This document shows positions 1 to 8,646 of a stretch of DNA of 64,000 nucleotides, piece after piece. The notes beneath the pieces are model-generated. The model saw nothing but the letters and a program-made list of their open reading frames with translations. It ran no database searches and had not been told where the DNA came from. The translations under genes and the position numbers were made by a program. Origin of the DNA: Anaerolineales bacterium (lineage in GTDB: Bacteria > Chloroflexota > Anaerolineae > Anaerolineales > E44-bin32); assembly GCA_037379555.1 (NCBI GenBank), contig JARRJK010000006.1, forward strand, positions 21,769 through 85,768, in the 5' to 3' direction. Positions within the stretch are counted from its first letter, which is position 1. Each line of letters opens with the position of its first letter.

Positions 1-4
1 GGCT

Positions 5-1204
5 ATGATGGATTTGCGGTCTTTGTTCCTTCGCCTGGAAGCGAGCCTGCGCGATACGAGGACTATGCTCCCGGTCGAGCTGCTGCAGGTGCTGCTGGCG
101 ACATATCTCTGGTACCGGGCCGTGTCCTTTGCCCGGAGCCGACTTGATCCGCAGGTAGCCTTGCGTAATTTTGGCCTGGGTGCATCGATGTTGATTCTGC
201 TCGGATTCACGATCGCTCTTCGCGGAGTATCCAGCCCGCCAGTACACTTTGCGGTCTTCGCCGTTTCAGGTTTGATCGCCCTTGGAGCTGCCAGGATGTC
301 CTCGCTCCACCGTATGCGCGGTGGGCGCAAAATCCAGTTCAGCGCAAACTGGATCCTTGCCATCCTGTTCTCGTCCCTATTGGTCACCATCCTTACCATG
401 GCCCTTGGGGGTCTGGCTGCCGGCGGGCCAGCGCGTTGGGTCTCCGTGGTTATTCAGTGGCTGATAAACCTGGTGCTGCTGGTGGCGGTCATCCTCGTAA
501 CACCGATATTCCTGCTGGCCTTGCTCATTGGATCGTGGCTTGAAAGCTCATCGCTTTTCGAGGATGTCGGCCGCGAGCTCTCGCACTTCATCAACTTGAT
601 GACCGGCCTGTTGCGAGACCTTGACGCGAGCCTGAGGGGGAAGCTCGATCTGCAGCTTGATCTGTGGGTTTTGAAACCGTGGTTGGTCGGCGCCATACTT
701 TTCGTGTTGGCTGGCATCGCCTTCTGGTGGTTCGGGCGGCAATGGCGTCTGCCCTGGAAGAGCCCGGAAGAGGGGATTGATGAAAGCGGGGTTTCGGAAC
801 GAGGCAAGGTCGCAGGACGCATTCCGCATGCTCTGCAGGACGGCCTGGGGCAGCTCGCGGACCAGGTGCACCGGCTGCGCCCGGGCAAGGGGTTGCTCGC
901 TGCGCTGCGCATCAGGCGGCTCTATGCGCGCTTGATGCGTCTATGCCGCGAGCTTGACTCACCACGCTCATCCTCCGAGACACCACTTGAGTTCCTGCCC
1001 ACGTTGCGGCAGCTCTTTCCTCAGGCAGAAGAGGAGACGCGCTTGATGACCGAAGCCTACAACCGGGTTCGGTACGGTGAGCGCCCGGAGACTCGCGCGG
1101 AGGTCGAACAGGTCGAGAGAGCCTGGACAACGATCAGGCAGCAAGCAGGCCGGCTCCGGCAAGCACAGAAGCAGTACCAGGCGCGGGCAAAGAAGGATTT
1201 CTGA
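5..1204 (+). CDS. Multi-pass membrane protein with DUF4129-like C-terminal soluble domain (may be 5'-truncated by the window edge)
   Basis: ORF 5..1204, with no in-frame stop upstream before the window edge. Several hydrophobic helices (LILLGFTIAL, FAVFAVSGLIALGAA, LVLLVAVILVTPIFLLALLIG, LVGAILFVLAGIAFWWF). The C-terminal part (ETPLEFLPTLRQLFP...AYNRVRYGERP) resembles DUF4129-type proteins as I remember them. Confidence 0.5.
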   Translation: MMDLRSLFLRLEASLRDTRTMLPVELLQVLLATYLWYRAVSFARSRLDPQVALRNFGLGASMLILLGFTIALRGVSSPPVHFAVFAVSGLIALGAARMSSLHRMRGGRKIQFSANWILAILFSSLLVTILTMALGGLAAGGPARWVSVVIQWLINLVLLVAVILVTPIFLLALLIGSWLESSSLFEDVGRELSHFINLMTGLLRDLDASLRGKLDLQLDLWVLKPWLVGAILFVLAGIAFWWFGRQWRLPWKSPEEGIDESGVSERGKVAGRIPHALQDGLGQLADQVHRLRPGKGLLAALRIRRLYARLMRLCRELDSPRSSSETPLEFLPTLRQLFPQAEEETRLMTEAYNRVRYGERPETRAEVEQVERAWTTIRQQAGRLRQAQKQYQARAKKDF

Positions 1205-1228
1205 GCGGGCGGCCCGCAGGAATACAAT

Positions 1229-1253
1229 CGGCCCCCGTGAATCACGGGGGCCG
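1229..1253. terminator. GC-rich hairpin between convergent genes (probable bidirectional terminator)
   Basis: cggcccccgtg-aat-cacgggggccg perfect stem. It lies between the + gene ending at 1204 and rpsA (-) ending at 1280; the minus-strand version is followed by attgtatt. Confidence 0.5.
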
Positions 1254-1279
1254 GGTGCTGTCTCCAGGGTTAAGAGGTT

Positions 1280-2791
1280 TCAGTCCTGCACTTCTTGCTC
1301 ATCCGGGCTGTCAGCCTCTGCCGCAGCTTCCGGTGATTCATCTCCACCGGGCTGATCCTCACCAACCTCGATTTGTGCCGTTGGCTCTTCCGCTGCGGAA
1401 GAAGCGTCACTTTCCTCATCTACTTGCGCCTCGGACTCAGATACCTGTTCGGCCAGGTCCACCTCGCTGGTTGCTTCGGGTTCAGCAGCCAGGGCTTCGG
1501 CGGGCTCTTGCGTCTCGTCAACGGCTTCGGGCTCAGAAATTGGGGCTTTTGCCGCAGCTTCCGCCTCGTCTGTAGCTTCGCTCGCTCGACGCTTCTCCAT
1601 CCATTCCATTTGTTCGTCGTAACTGACCTGTTTAAGGCTCAAGGCCATTCGGTGTCGGTCCGGCTCGATCGACAGGATGCGTACCAGCACCTTGTCGCCG
1701 GATTTGACCACATCTTCAGGCGTTCCCGGGCCGATGATGTCCATCTCGGACGAGTGAATCAGCCCTTCGATTCCGTCCGGAAGCGTGACGAACGCGCCGA
1801 AGTGGACAACGTTGCTGACGACACCTTCCACCAGATCCCCTTCGGAATAATGCTGTGTGATATCGTCCCATGGGCTGGGCATGAGGGCCTTGCGGCTCAG
1901 GCTGACCCGTTCGCGGTCGACATCGACGTCCTTGACCATTACTTCGATCTCATCTCCGACGTTCAGGACCTGATCGGGATCGTCGACGTCATCCCAGCTT
2001 AACTCGGACCGGTGGACCAACCCATCGATCCCACCAAGCGAGACGAAAGCCCCAAAATCCGTCAGGTTCACGACCCGTCCTTTGATCACCTGGCCTTCTT
2101 CGAGTTCTTCCAGGCGCTTCTTGCGGCGCGCTTTCTCAGCCGCCCTTCCGGAGAGGATCAAACGGTTGCGTTTTCGGTCGACCTCCAGCACCTTCAGCAG
2201 CATCTTCTCGCCAACGCTCTCACGCTTGACGCGCTTCAACGTTTCTGTGTCGCCGCGCGAGCGGACATCGGGAAGGTGCGAATTCGGCACGAACCCTTCC
2301 AGGTAACCGAAGCGGACCAGCACGCCACCTCGATTGCGGCCGACGACTTCGAATTCCTCTTCCTCGCCGCTCTCGAGCATCTGCTCAGCGCGCTCCCAGT
2401 CTTCCTTGGCCAATCCCTTCGTCAGTGAGACAAGCAGATCGCCGCTGGTGCTCGGCGAGCGCAGCACGCGCACGGGCATGACCTCTCCTTTTTCAAGGCT
2501 CTCGAGGTCTTCTTCAGCCAGGCGGCTGAGATCTTTGCGCGGCACAATCGCATCGCGCTTCGCTCCGACGTCGATCAGAATTGAATCTTCATCAACATGA
2601 ATGATTTCACCCTGCAGGAATTCACCGCGTTTCGGCGGTTGATAATCGTAATCGTCCAGCAGTTGCTCCATGTCGACCGACTCGGGGTTTTCGGGGTGTT
2701 CCTTTACTTCGGGCCATTTTGGGTCCATGCGGGTATTCTTGTTTCCTCCTTCTTCTTGGATTTCGCCCGGTGGGCGTTTTTGTTCTGTCAT
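1280..2791 (-). CDS. rpsA: 30S ribosomal protein S1 (four S1 domains plus acidic C-terminal tail)
   Basis: Repeated S1 OB-fold signatures (GEIIHVDEDSILIDVGAKRDAIVP; GGVLVRFGYLEGFVPNSHL; GRVVNLTDFGAFVSLGGIDGLVHRSELS; GVVSNVVHFGAFVTLPDGIEGLIHSSEM). Long Glu/Ala/Asp-rich tail. Confidence 0.9.
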   Translation of the reverse strand: MTEQKRPPGEIQEEGGNKNTRMDPKWPEVKEHPENPESVDMEQLLDDYDYQPPKRGEFLQGEIIHVDEDSILIDVGAKRDAIVPRKDLSRLAEEDLESLEKGEVMPVRVLRSPSTSGDLLVSLTKGLAKEDWERAEQMLESGEEEEFEVVGRNRGGVLVRFGYLEGFVPNSHLPDVRSRGDTETLKRVKRESVGEKMLLKVLEVDRKRNRLILSGRAAEKARRKKRLEELEEGQVIKGRVVNLTDFGAFVSLGGIDGLVHRSELSWDDVDDPDQVLNVGDEIEVMVKDVDVDRERVSLSRKALMPSPWDDITQHYSEGDLVEGVVSNVVHFGAFVTLPDGIEGLIHSSEMDIIGPGTPEDVVKSGDKVLVRILSIEPDRHRMALSLKQVSYDEQMEWMEKRRASEATDEAEAAAKAPISEPEAVDETQEPAEALAAEPEATSEVDLAEQVSESEAQVDEESDASSAAEEPTAQIEVGEDQPGGDESPEAAAEADSPDEQEVQD

Positions 2792-2801
2792 GCGCTTTTG
2801 T

Positions 2802-3344
2802 TCAGGACTCCTCCTGTAGGGACGTCATGACGATTTCGTTGAGTCGTTTATGTGCTTCTTCCTGCGGGATATCCATGCTTATGGACCATTCCTTTACGAA
2901 GCGGTCCGTGAGCTTCTGTAACGCCCGCATCTCGGTATCGTTGAGTGATTTCTGGCGTTTGCGATTCCATAAATCACGGATAAGGGCTGCGGTTGTTTTC
3001 AATTTCCCATCGAGCGTGTGATCACGGATGCGTTTCCTGCGCGCCTTATGCATCTTGGCCATTTTTTCGCCCGGCTCAGATAGCAGCTTGACAACGCGTT
3101 TGAACTTCCTCGGCGTCGCTACCGGGCGGACGCGATCGGTAACGTCCGAATCGACCGGAATCCAGAACACGCTGTCCTCTGTCCTGACCCGGTAGCAGGG
3201 GATTTTCTTCCCGCGAACGAGCTTCTTCTCGACGCGAGTGATCTTTCCGATGCCATGGGAGATATGCACGATCCAATCTCCCTTGTTGAATTGAGGTTCC
3301 GAACCGTTGGAACCGTCATTCGATTTCTTTTGTTTGCGGGCCAT
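2802..3344 (-). CDS. carD: CarD/CdnL-family RNA-polymerase-binding transcription regulator
   Basis: N-terminal Tudor-like motif FNKGDWIVHISHGIGKITRVEKK...YRVRTEDSVFWIPVD typical of CarD_CdnL_TRCF, and a helical C-terminal domain. 10 nt downstream of rpsA on the same strand. Confidence 0.85.
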   Translation of the reverse strand: MARKQKKSNDGSNGSEPQFNKGDWIVHISHGIGKITRVEKKLVRGKKIPCYRVRTEDSVFWIPVDSDVTDRVRPVATPRKFKRVVKLLSEPGEKMAKMHKARRKRIRDHTLDGKLKTTAALIRDLWNRKRQKSLNDTEMRALQKLTDRFVKEWSISMDIPQEEAHKRLNEIVMTSLQEES

Positions 3345-3351
3345 GTGTTCG

Positions 3352-3795
3352 TTACTCCTGCAAGGATTCCATCACGCGGCGGTAGAGATATCTGACGTCG
3401 AACGGCTTATAAATCACAGCCTCTGGATTGATCTCCTGAAGCTGCTGTTTGTCCGGTCGATCAAGCGTTGTGATCAAGATCGGGCGTGATTTCTCATCCG
3501 CCGGAAGGTTGTCGTCTTCGTCCAGGAACGCCGCGATCAGCTGGTCCGTTGCCACCGATGGATTGAGGTCGAGAATCATCAGCTCCGGGTCTTCACGTTC
3601 GAGCAGACGTATTGCGAACCCGCTGTCGCTGGCTTGCAGCACCCGCAAACCTTTCTGCTCCAGTGTTGCTGCGATCACCCGGCGAAGCTGGTGATCAGGC
3701 TCGATGAGCAAGACCGTTTCGGGAGTATGTACACGTTCTCCATCCTGCTGAAACATCGTTAAGACCTCTCGATGCCCATTGCTGGTGGGTTTCAA
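3352..3795 (-). CDS. Stand-alone response-regulator receiver (REC) protein
   Basis: LLIEPD...LMILDLN...IYKPF pattern (acidic pocket, phospho-acceptor Asp, conserved Lys) with no output domain. The true start may be the internal Met at 3756. Confidence 0.7.
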   Translation of the reverse strand: MKPTSNGHREVLTMFQQDGERVHTPETVLLIEPDHQLRRVIAATLEQKGLRVLQASDSGFAIRLLEREDPELMILDLNPSVATDQLIAAFLDEDDNLPADEKSRPILITTLDRPDKQQLQEINPEAVIYKPFDVRYLYRRVMESLQE

Positions 3796-3816
3796 TTTAA
3801 TCCCTCTTCATGAAGA

Positions 3817-3856
3817 GGAGTGAAGCCGAGGTCCGATCCAATTGCGGCTTCACTCC
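3817..3856 (-). terminator. Hairpin downstream of the ytxH-like gene
   Basis: ggagtgaagccg ... cggcttcactcc 12-bp stem with a 16-nt loop in the 105-nt gap after the minus-strand gene ending at 3901. Confidence 0.35.
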
Positions 3857-3900
3857 TGCAATCTCAAATTCGAACGCTTGTGCGTTGAACCCGTGTGAAG

Positions 3901-4194
3901 TCAGCTGGCTAATTCCTTTGCGCGGTCATCAAGTAACTCCGAGCCCTGTTCGAGCCACTCGGCGACTGTGTGGCGTCCACGGCCGACCTGTTCCTCCAAC
4001 GAACGGCGGCCTTCCAGTACTGCCTCATTTGCCCTGTCTCTCAGCGCACGTGCCTGGGCGAGAATCTCAGCCTGAGTCTCCTCACCTGAGCGCGGGGCGA
4101 GCAGCAGCGCTGCAATGTAGCCCGCAGCTCCACCGATTAATGACCCGAGCAGGAAGGAACCTGCCGCACTTGAACTTCTGTTTCCATTTTCCAT
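3901..4194 (-). CDS. YtxH-domain protein (small membrane-anchored, general-stress type)
   Basis: N-terminal glycine-zipper helix GSLIGGAAGYIAALLLAPRSGEETQ followed by a helical region, the typical YtxH layout. Confidence 0.7.
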   Translation of the reverse strand: MENGNRSSSAAGSFLLGSLIGGAAGYIAALLLAPRSGEETQAEILAQARALRDRANEAVLEGRRSLEEQVGRGRHTVAEWLEQGSELLDDRAKELAS

Positions 4195-4352
4195 AATCTG
4201 TCGCTCCTTTCAAACCAGCACAGTTTTGTATTGGCCGTGATGCTCGCAGCAATCTGCGGCCTCACAGCGTAAGGTTATCAACAGGTTCTTGCAGAATGCT
4301 CTCTTTCCTTGATCGAAGTTCACGGAGACCTTGCGGGTACGCAGAAAATCAA

Positions 4353-4374
4353 TGCAGGCACGCCGGTGCCTGCA
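4353..4374 (-). terminator. Rho-independent terminator downstream of rpoD
   Basis: tgcaggcac-gccg-gtgcctgca stem about 35 nt after the rpoD stop. The minus-strand version is followed by ttgattttctg. Confidence 0.55.
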
Positions 4375-4406
4375 TTATTTCTTCTGCAGTACGAGTGTTG
4401 GGGCTT

Positions 4407-5660
4407 CTAGTTGTGAACGAAATCCACCAGCTCGCGACGCATACCAGGATGCCGCAGTCTGCGCAGAGCCTGGGCTTCGATCTGGCGGACACGCTCACGG
4501 GTGATACCCATCTTCTCGCCGATCTCTTTCAGCGTGTGCACTTTTCCATTCTCGAGGCCGTAGCGCAGCCGTAAAACCAGGGCTTCACGGTGAGGCAGTG
4601 TTTCGAGCACTTCCTGCACGCGCTCCTCGAGGATCTCCTGAACCGTGATCTCCTCCGGCGCCGGCGCCTCCTCATCCTCGATAAAGTCACCGATGACGGC
4701 GTCGCTATCCTGTTCAGTGGGTTTCTCGAGCGAAAGCGGGCGTTGCGCTACGCGAAGCATGTAATCAACCTCATCCGGGTCGATTCCGAGATGCTCTGCC
4801 AGTTCCTCGCGTCCGGGATCACGGCCCAGGTCCTGGGTCAGGCGGTGACGGCTGCGAAGCATGCGATTAATGCGATCGCCCATATGGACCGGAATGCGGA
4901 TCGTACGGCCGTGGTCGGCGACCAGCCGGGTGACGGCCTGCCGGATCCACCATGTGGCGTAGGTTGAGAACTTGTGCCCACGGCGATAATCGAATTTCTT
5001 GACCGCGCGCATCAGGCCGACATGCCCTTCCTGGATCAAGTCCAGGAGTGGTACACCGCGGCCGACATACTTCTTCGCCACGCTGATAACGAGGCGGGAG
5101 TTGGCCATGATCAGGTGCTCCCGGGCAGCCATCCCATCTTCGATCAAGGCTTCAGCCCGTGCACGGCGCTTCGGGCTGATGCTGCCGCGAGCTAACTCAC
5201 CTCGCATCTTCCGCCCGCGTTCGATGCGTTTTGCCAGATCAACTTCCTCGTCGCGTGTAAGCAGTGGAACACGCCCGACCTGGCTAAGGTAGAGCCCGAT
5301 CGTATCGCCTGAATCGATCGCGTTCATCGCGCTCACTTCGGCTGGTTCAGTTTCATCGGTTTCGTCAGACTCGGTGCCGTTATCCACACCAAGCTCGATC
5401 TTGCGGGCAGCGAGCTGGTCGTCATCGAGGAATTCAATACCCGCTGCGATCAAGCCATCATAGAAACGTTCAAGGGTTGTAATTGAGGTTTCAGGTTCGG
5501 GCAGGACCGTCATGAGATCATCCAGGCTGACGTAGCCCTGCTCTTCTCCCAAGCGAACCAGTTGGATAAATGCCAGATGCTCTTCCGTCGAAAGTCCCTC
5601 TAACTCGGGAATTTCCTTTTCGGCCAGCTCGGTTCGCTCCATCTCTTGTTCCTTACTCAT
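4407..5660 (-). CDS. rpoD: Primary (group 1) RNA polymerase sigma-70 factor
   Basis: Regions 1.2-4.2 are recognisable ([17 protein letters not shown]; [54 protein letters not shown]; [28 protein letters not shown]). The ORF extends to a GTG at 5702; the ATG at 5660 (MSKEQEM) is preferred but uncertain. Confidence 0.9.
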   Translation of the reverse strand: MSKEQEMERTELAEKEIPELEGLSTEEHLAFIQLVRLGEEQGYVSLDDLMTVLPEPETSITTLERFYDGLIAAGIEFLDDDQLAARKIELGVDNGTESDETDETEPAEVSAMNAIDSGDTIGLYLSQVGRVPLLTRDEEVDLAKRIERGRKMRGELARGSISPKRRARAEALIEDGMAAREHLIMANSRLVISVAKKYVGRGVPLLDLIQEGHVGLMRAVKKFDYRRGHKFSTYATWWIRQAVTRLVADHGRTIRIPVHMGDRINRMLRSRHRLTQDLGRDPGREELAEHLGIDPDEVDYMLRVAQRPLSLEKPTEQDSDAVIGDFIEDEEAPAPEEITVQEILEERVQEVLETLPHREALVLRLRYGLENGKVHTLKEIGEKMGITRERVRQIEAQALRRLRHPGMRRELVDFVHN

Positions 5661-5844
5661 ACACGCACCAATTCCTTCTACAGCAGCCATGCTGAACGCC
5701 ACCCAACGGGTGGCCGACGGGTATAGGATCTTTGGGTTGAATGGGAGCAGGTGGCCCAGATGCGAGAAAGCTTTTGGGTTTCAGTAGGCGATCCCAGGGC
5801 CTGCTGTACGATCATCCACACCATATACAGTGTACAACGCTTTG

Positions 5845-5886
5845 CTTAATGAAATCTTAATCAGCAACCTTAAATCTTGCTTAAAT
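5845..5886 (-). promoter_or_regulatory. Four phased CTTAAT/CTTAAAT repeats in the AT-rich rpoD upstream region
   Basis: CTTAA starts at 5845, 5856, 5869 and 5880 (spacing 11/13/11 nt). Minus-strand reading is GATTTAAG-caa-GATTTAAG...GATTAAG...CATTAAG. About 160-220 nt upstream of the rpoD start candidates. Confidence 0.3.
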
Positions 5887-6024
5887 CTCTCTAAAAACCG
5901 CAGTCCTCCCGTAATTACGCATATTGAATACGGATAACGCAGGGAATCCGTTCATCTACGGTCTGAAATTCGCCTTGATTCCGGTGGTTCATCCTGGCTC
6001 AGTCGGGGGTTGATTCCGGTGGGA

Positions 6025-8340
6025 TCAGGACTCGAATAGGTAGCCCACACCCCAACGGGTGAGGATATAGCGTGGTTCTTCTGGATCGGGCTCGATCTTC
6101 TTCCGCAGGCGGCTGATGTGCACGAACAAGTCGTGACGGCTGCGCTCCTGGTCGGCTTCGTAGAGGTGGTCAAGCAGTTGATCGTACGTCAGAACCCGGC
6201 CCTGATTCTGAGCCAGATAAGCCAGCAGAGAGTACTCAGTTGGGGTGAGATCGATCCGCTGTCCATGACTCCAGACTTCCTGAGCATCGAAATGGATCAT
6301 CAAGCCGCCGGCGCTGAACTGGTCGGTATCGCGCTCGGCCCAGGTCTCGCGCCGCCGCAGGACAGCCCGGATGCGGGCGAGCAGCTCCGGGGTCTGGAAG
6401 GGCTTGACGATGTAATCATCGGCACCGGCGTCGAGTGCGGCGATCAGGTCCTGCTGGGAATTGCGCGAAGTGACCATCAGGACGGGGATATTCGACCAGC
6501 GGCGCAGGTTCCGGCAGACGCTTAATCCATCCATGCCCGGCAGCATCCAATCGAGCAGCACAAGATCCGGCTGTGAGGTCTGGATCAGATCCAGAGCGCT
6601 CTGGCCATCCGGGACAATTTCGACCCCATAGCCGGCCTCGAGCAGGACCGACCGCAGCAGGGCTTGAAAATCCGATTCATCCTCGACCACAAGCAGCTTG
6701 AGCCCGTCCGAGGAACCACTGCCGGGTTCCATTTGGGACAGGGGGCGTGCCTCGCTGGCGGGCTCCTCCTCCTGTGCCTGCTCAGGCATGATCGGAATGG
6801 TGAGCACAAAGCGGGCGCCGCGGCTGGCGCCTTCGGGCGGGCTTTCCACCCAGATTTGCCCGCCGTGGGCTTCGACGATCCGGCGGGAAATGAACAACCC
6901 GAGACCGCTGCCGCCTTCGACCTCGTCGCGGGCGAATTTCTTGAAGATCTCCTCCTGTTTCTCGGGTGGAACTCCGGGGCCTTCGTCTGTGACTGCGAGC
7001 TGGAGCAGAGAGTCGGTTCTTGCAGCTGAAAGGATGATGGGTTTGTCGGACGGGTTGTAGCGGACGGCGTTCTCAATCAGGTTGATCAGCACCTCTTCCA
7101 TCCGGCTTGAATCGACGCGTACTTTCGGCAGGTCCTCTGGGATGTCGAGCTGCAGCTCGATCTGGCCGAGAAAACCCGAAATTCGTTCGATCACATCATG
7201 CACCAGGGCCGCCGGGTCAACCGCCTCCGGCCGCAATCCGAGACGTCCGGCCTCCACCCGGGTCAGCGCCAGGCTGCGTTCCACCTGGTGGATGAGCTGG
7301 TCGGTGCTGCGATCGATCGCGCTGAGGAACTCCTCCATCAGCGAATCGTCCCATTGGCGGAAATTGGCCAAGAGAGCAGTGGCATGGCCCTTGAGCGTCG
7401 CCAGCGGCGCCCGGATATCATGCGCAAGGATGGATAGCAGTTCGAGCTTCCATGAGACGCTGTCGCGCATCTCGCTGACATCTGTCACCAAACCGCCCCA
7501 TCCGATCGGCACACCGTGATCGTCCCACACGGGAAAGAAAGCCAGTTCGAGGTGTACGGGCGGCTCGCGATCCAGTACGACCTCGACCACCGGCCGCTCA
7601 CTCACGGCCAGAACGGCCTCGCTCAGGGTATGCTGCACCACCTCCGGTTCGATGCACATTTCGATCAGGCGGCCGAACAGCTGTTTATAGGAAGCTCCGC
7701 TGACGCTCTCCTGTTCAATCTCGAGCAGGTTGAAGAGCATCCGGTTGACCTCGGTGACCAGGCCACGCTGATTGACAAGGAACAAGCCGGCTGTCAGGCC
7801 TTCGAGCAGCGAGTTGAGGCGAGCGTGATCGCGGTACAGGGCGCGCTGGTAATGTCTTTGCCGTGTGATGTCGAGCAGGGTCACCTCAACCGCAGGTTGT
7901 TGATCGAGCTCGATCAGGCTGCCGGAGAGCAGCATCGTAATCGGTGCGCCGTCGATACCGAATATGCGCACCTCGCGGTTGCGGATCACCTTACGTTCGA
8001 TGAGTTCGCTGAGCAGATCCTGGGCCAGTCCGGGTTCTTCAAAAAGGCGGTCCCAATTTGTGGACTGCTCAATCCAGTCCTGCCGCGCGTAGCCCAGCTG
8101 GTTTGAAAAAGCCTGATTCACGAGCAGCGTGGTGCCGGAACCATCGATGACAAGACGCGGATTCGGAGCCAGCTCGAAGAGCTCGCGATAGGTGGCGGCG
8201 TCAAGCACAGCGTGGCCGGTTTGCGTACCCGGTGTACCTGGGGTGGGTTCAGCAGTCATGATTTCGCAATGATGCTCTTCCCCAGGCAGGGTTGGCAGCA
8301 GTTCGGAAGGGCATGAGCAACATTCTAACACGCCGCTCAT
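6025..8340 (-). CDS. Cytoplasmic PAS sensor histidine kinase fused to a complete OmpR-type response regulator (REC plus winged-helix DNA-binding domain)
   Basis: PAS-like N-terminal region. H-box LSILAHDIRAPLATLKG. HATPase N/G boxes (NLIENAVRYNP; GSGLGLFISRRIVEAHGGQIWVES). Then REC (LLVVEDESDF...LVLLDWMLPGMDG...DDYIVKPF) and Trans_reg_C (LTPTEYSLLAYL...FVHISRLRKKIE...ILTRWGVGYLFES). No TM helix. Alternative start ATG at 8259. Confidence 0.85.
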   Translation of the reverse strand: MSGVLECCSCPSELLPTLPGEEHHCEIMTAEPTPGTPGTQTGHAVLDAATYRELFELAPNPRLVIDGSGTTLLVNQAFSNQLGYARQDWIEQSTNWDRLFEEPGLAQDLLSELIERKVIRNREVRIFGIDGAPITMLLSGSLIELDQQPAVEVTLLDITRQRHYQRALYRDHARLNSLLEGLTAGLFLVNQRGLVTEVNRMLFNLLEIEQESVSGASYKQLFGRLIEMCIEPEVVQHTLSEAVLAVSERPVVEVVLDREPPVHLELAFFPVWDDHGVPIGWGGLVTDVSEMRDSVSWKLELLSILAHDIRAPLATLKGHATALLANFRQWDDSLMEEFLSAIDRSTDQLIHQVERSLALTRVEAGRLGLRPEAVDPAALVHDVIERISGFLGQIELQLDIPEDLPKVRVDSSRMEEVLINLIENAVRYNPSDKPIILSAARTDSLLQLAVTDEGPGVPPEKQEEIFKKFARDEVEGGSGLGLFISRRIVEAHGGQIWVESPPEGASRGARFVLTIPIMPEQAQEEEPASEARPLSQMEPGSGSSDGLKLLVVEDESDFQALLRSVLLEAGYGVEIVPDGQSALDLIQTSQPDLVLLDWMLPGMDGLSVCRNLRRWSNIPVLMVTSRNSQQDLIAALDAGADDYIVKPFQTPELLARIRAVLRRRETWAERDTDQFSAGGLMIHFDAQEVWSHGQRIDLTPTEYSLLAYLAQNQGRVLTYDQLLDHLYEADQERSRHDLFVHISRLRKKIEPDPEEPRYILTRWGVGYLFES

Positions 8341-8646
8341 GTCGAGCGGCGTGTTGGTTTGATTGGAGGGTCTGGAGAGCTTACCAGGCGAAGGTCACGT
8401 CGAGTATCATCAGGCTGTTGCCGATCATCGTCGAGAGAGTCTTGGGACTCTCACACTCCTGTCGATGCGGGGTTAATCCACGCGGTTCAATCAGGATGCT
8501 GAATGTCGCCTGCACGGCCAAGCTAACGGCGTAGGGCAGCAGCGGAATGCTGCAGGCCCGGCTATCCTGGGCATGCCTGTCTGTGGTGTGACTGCGGCTT
8601 CAAGCGGCCGTCACGCAGGCTTCACAAGCGCGAGCGTCCCTGGCCA

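Noticed and set aside
8356-8646. The ~290-nt tal/kinase spacer, the 276-nt tal/pncB spacer (9748-10023) and the pncB leader (11590-11793) as possible riboswitches or sRNAs (e.g. an NAD-related element upstream of pncB).
   Set aside because: I could not recognise any known riboswitch core or convincing conserved stem architecture by eye. A covariance-model scan (Rfam/Infernal) would be needed, so no call is made.
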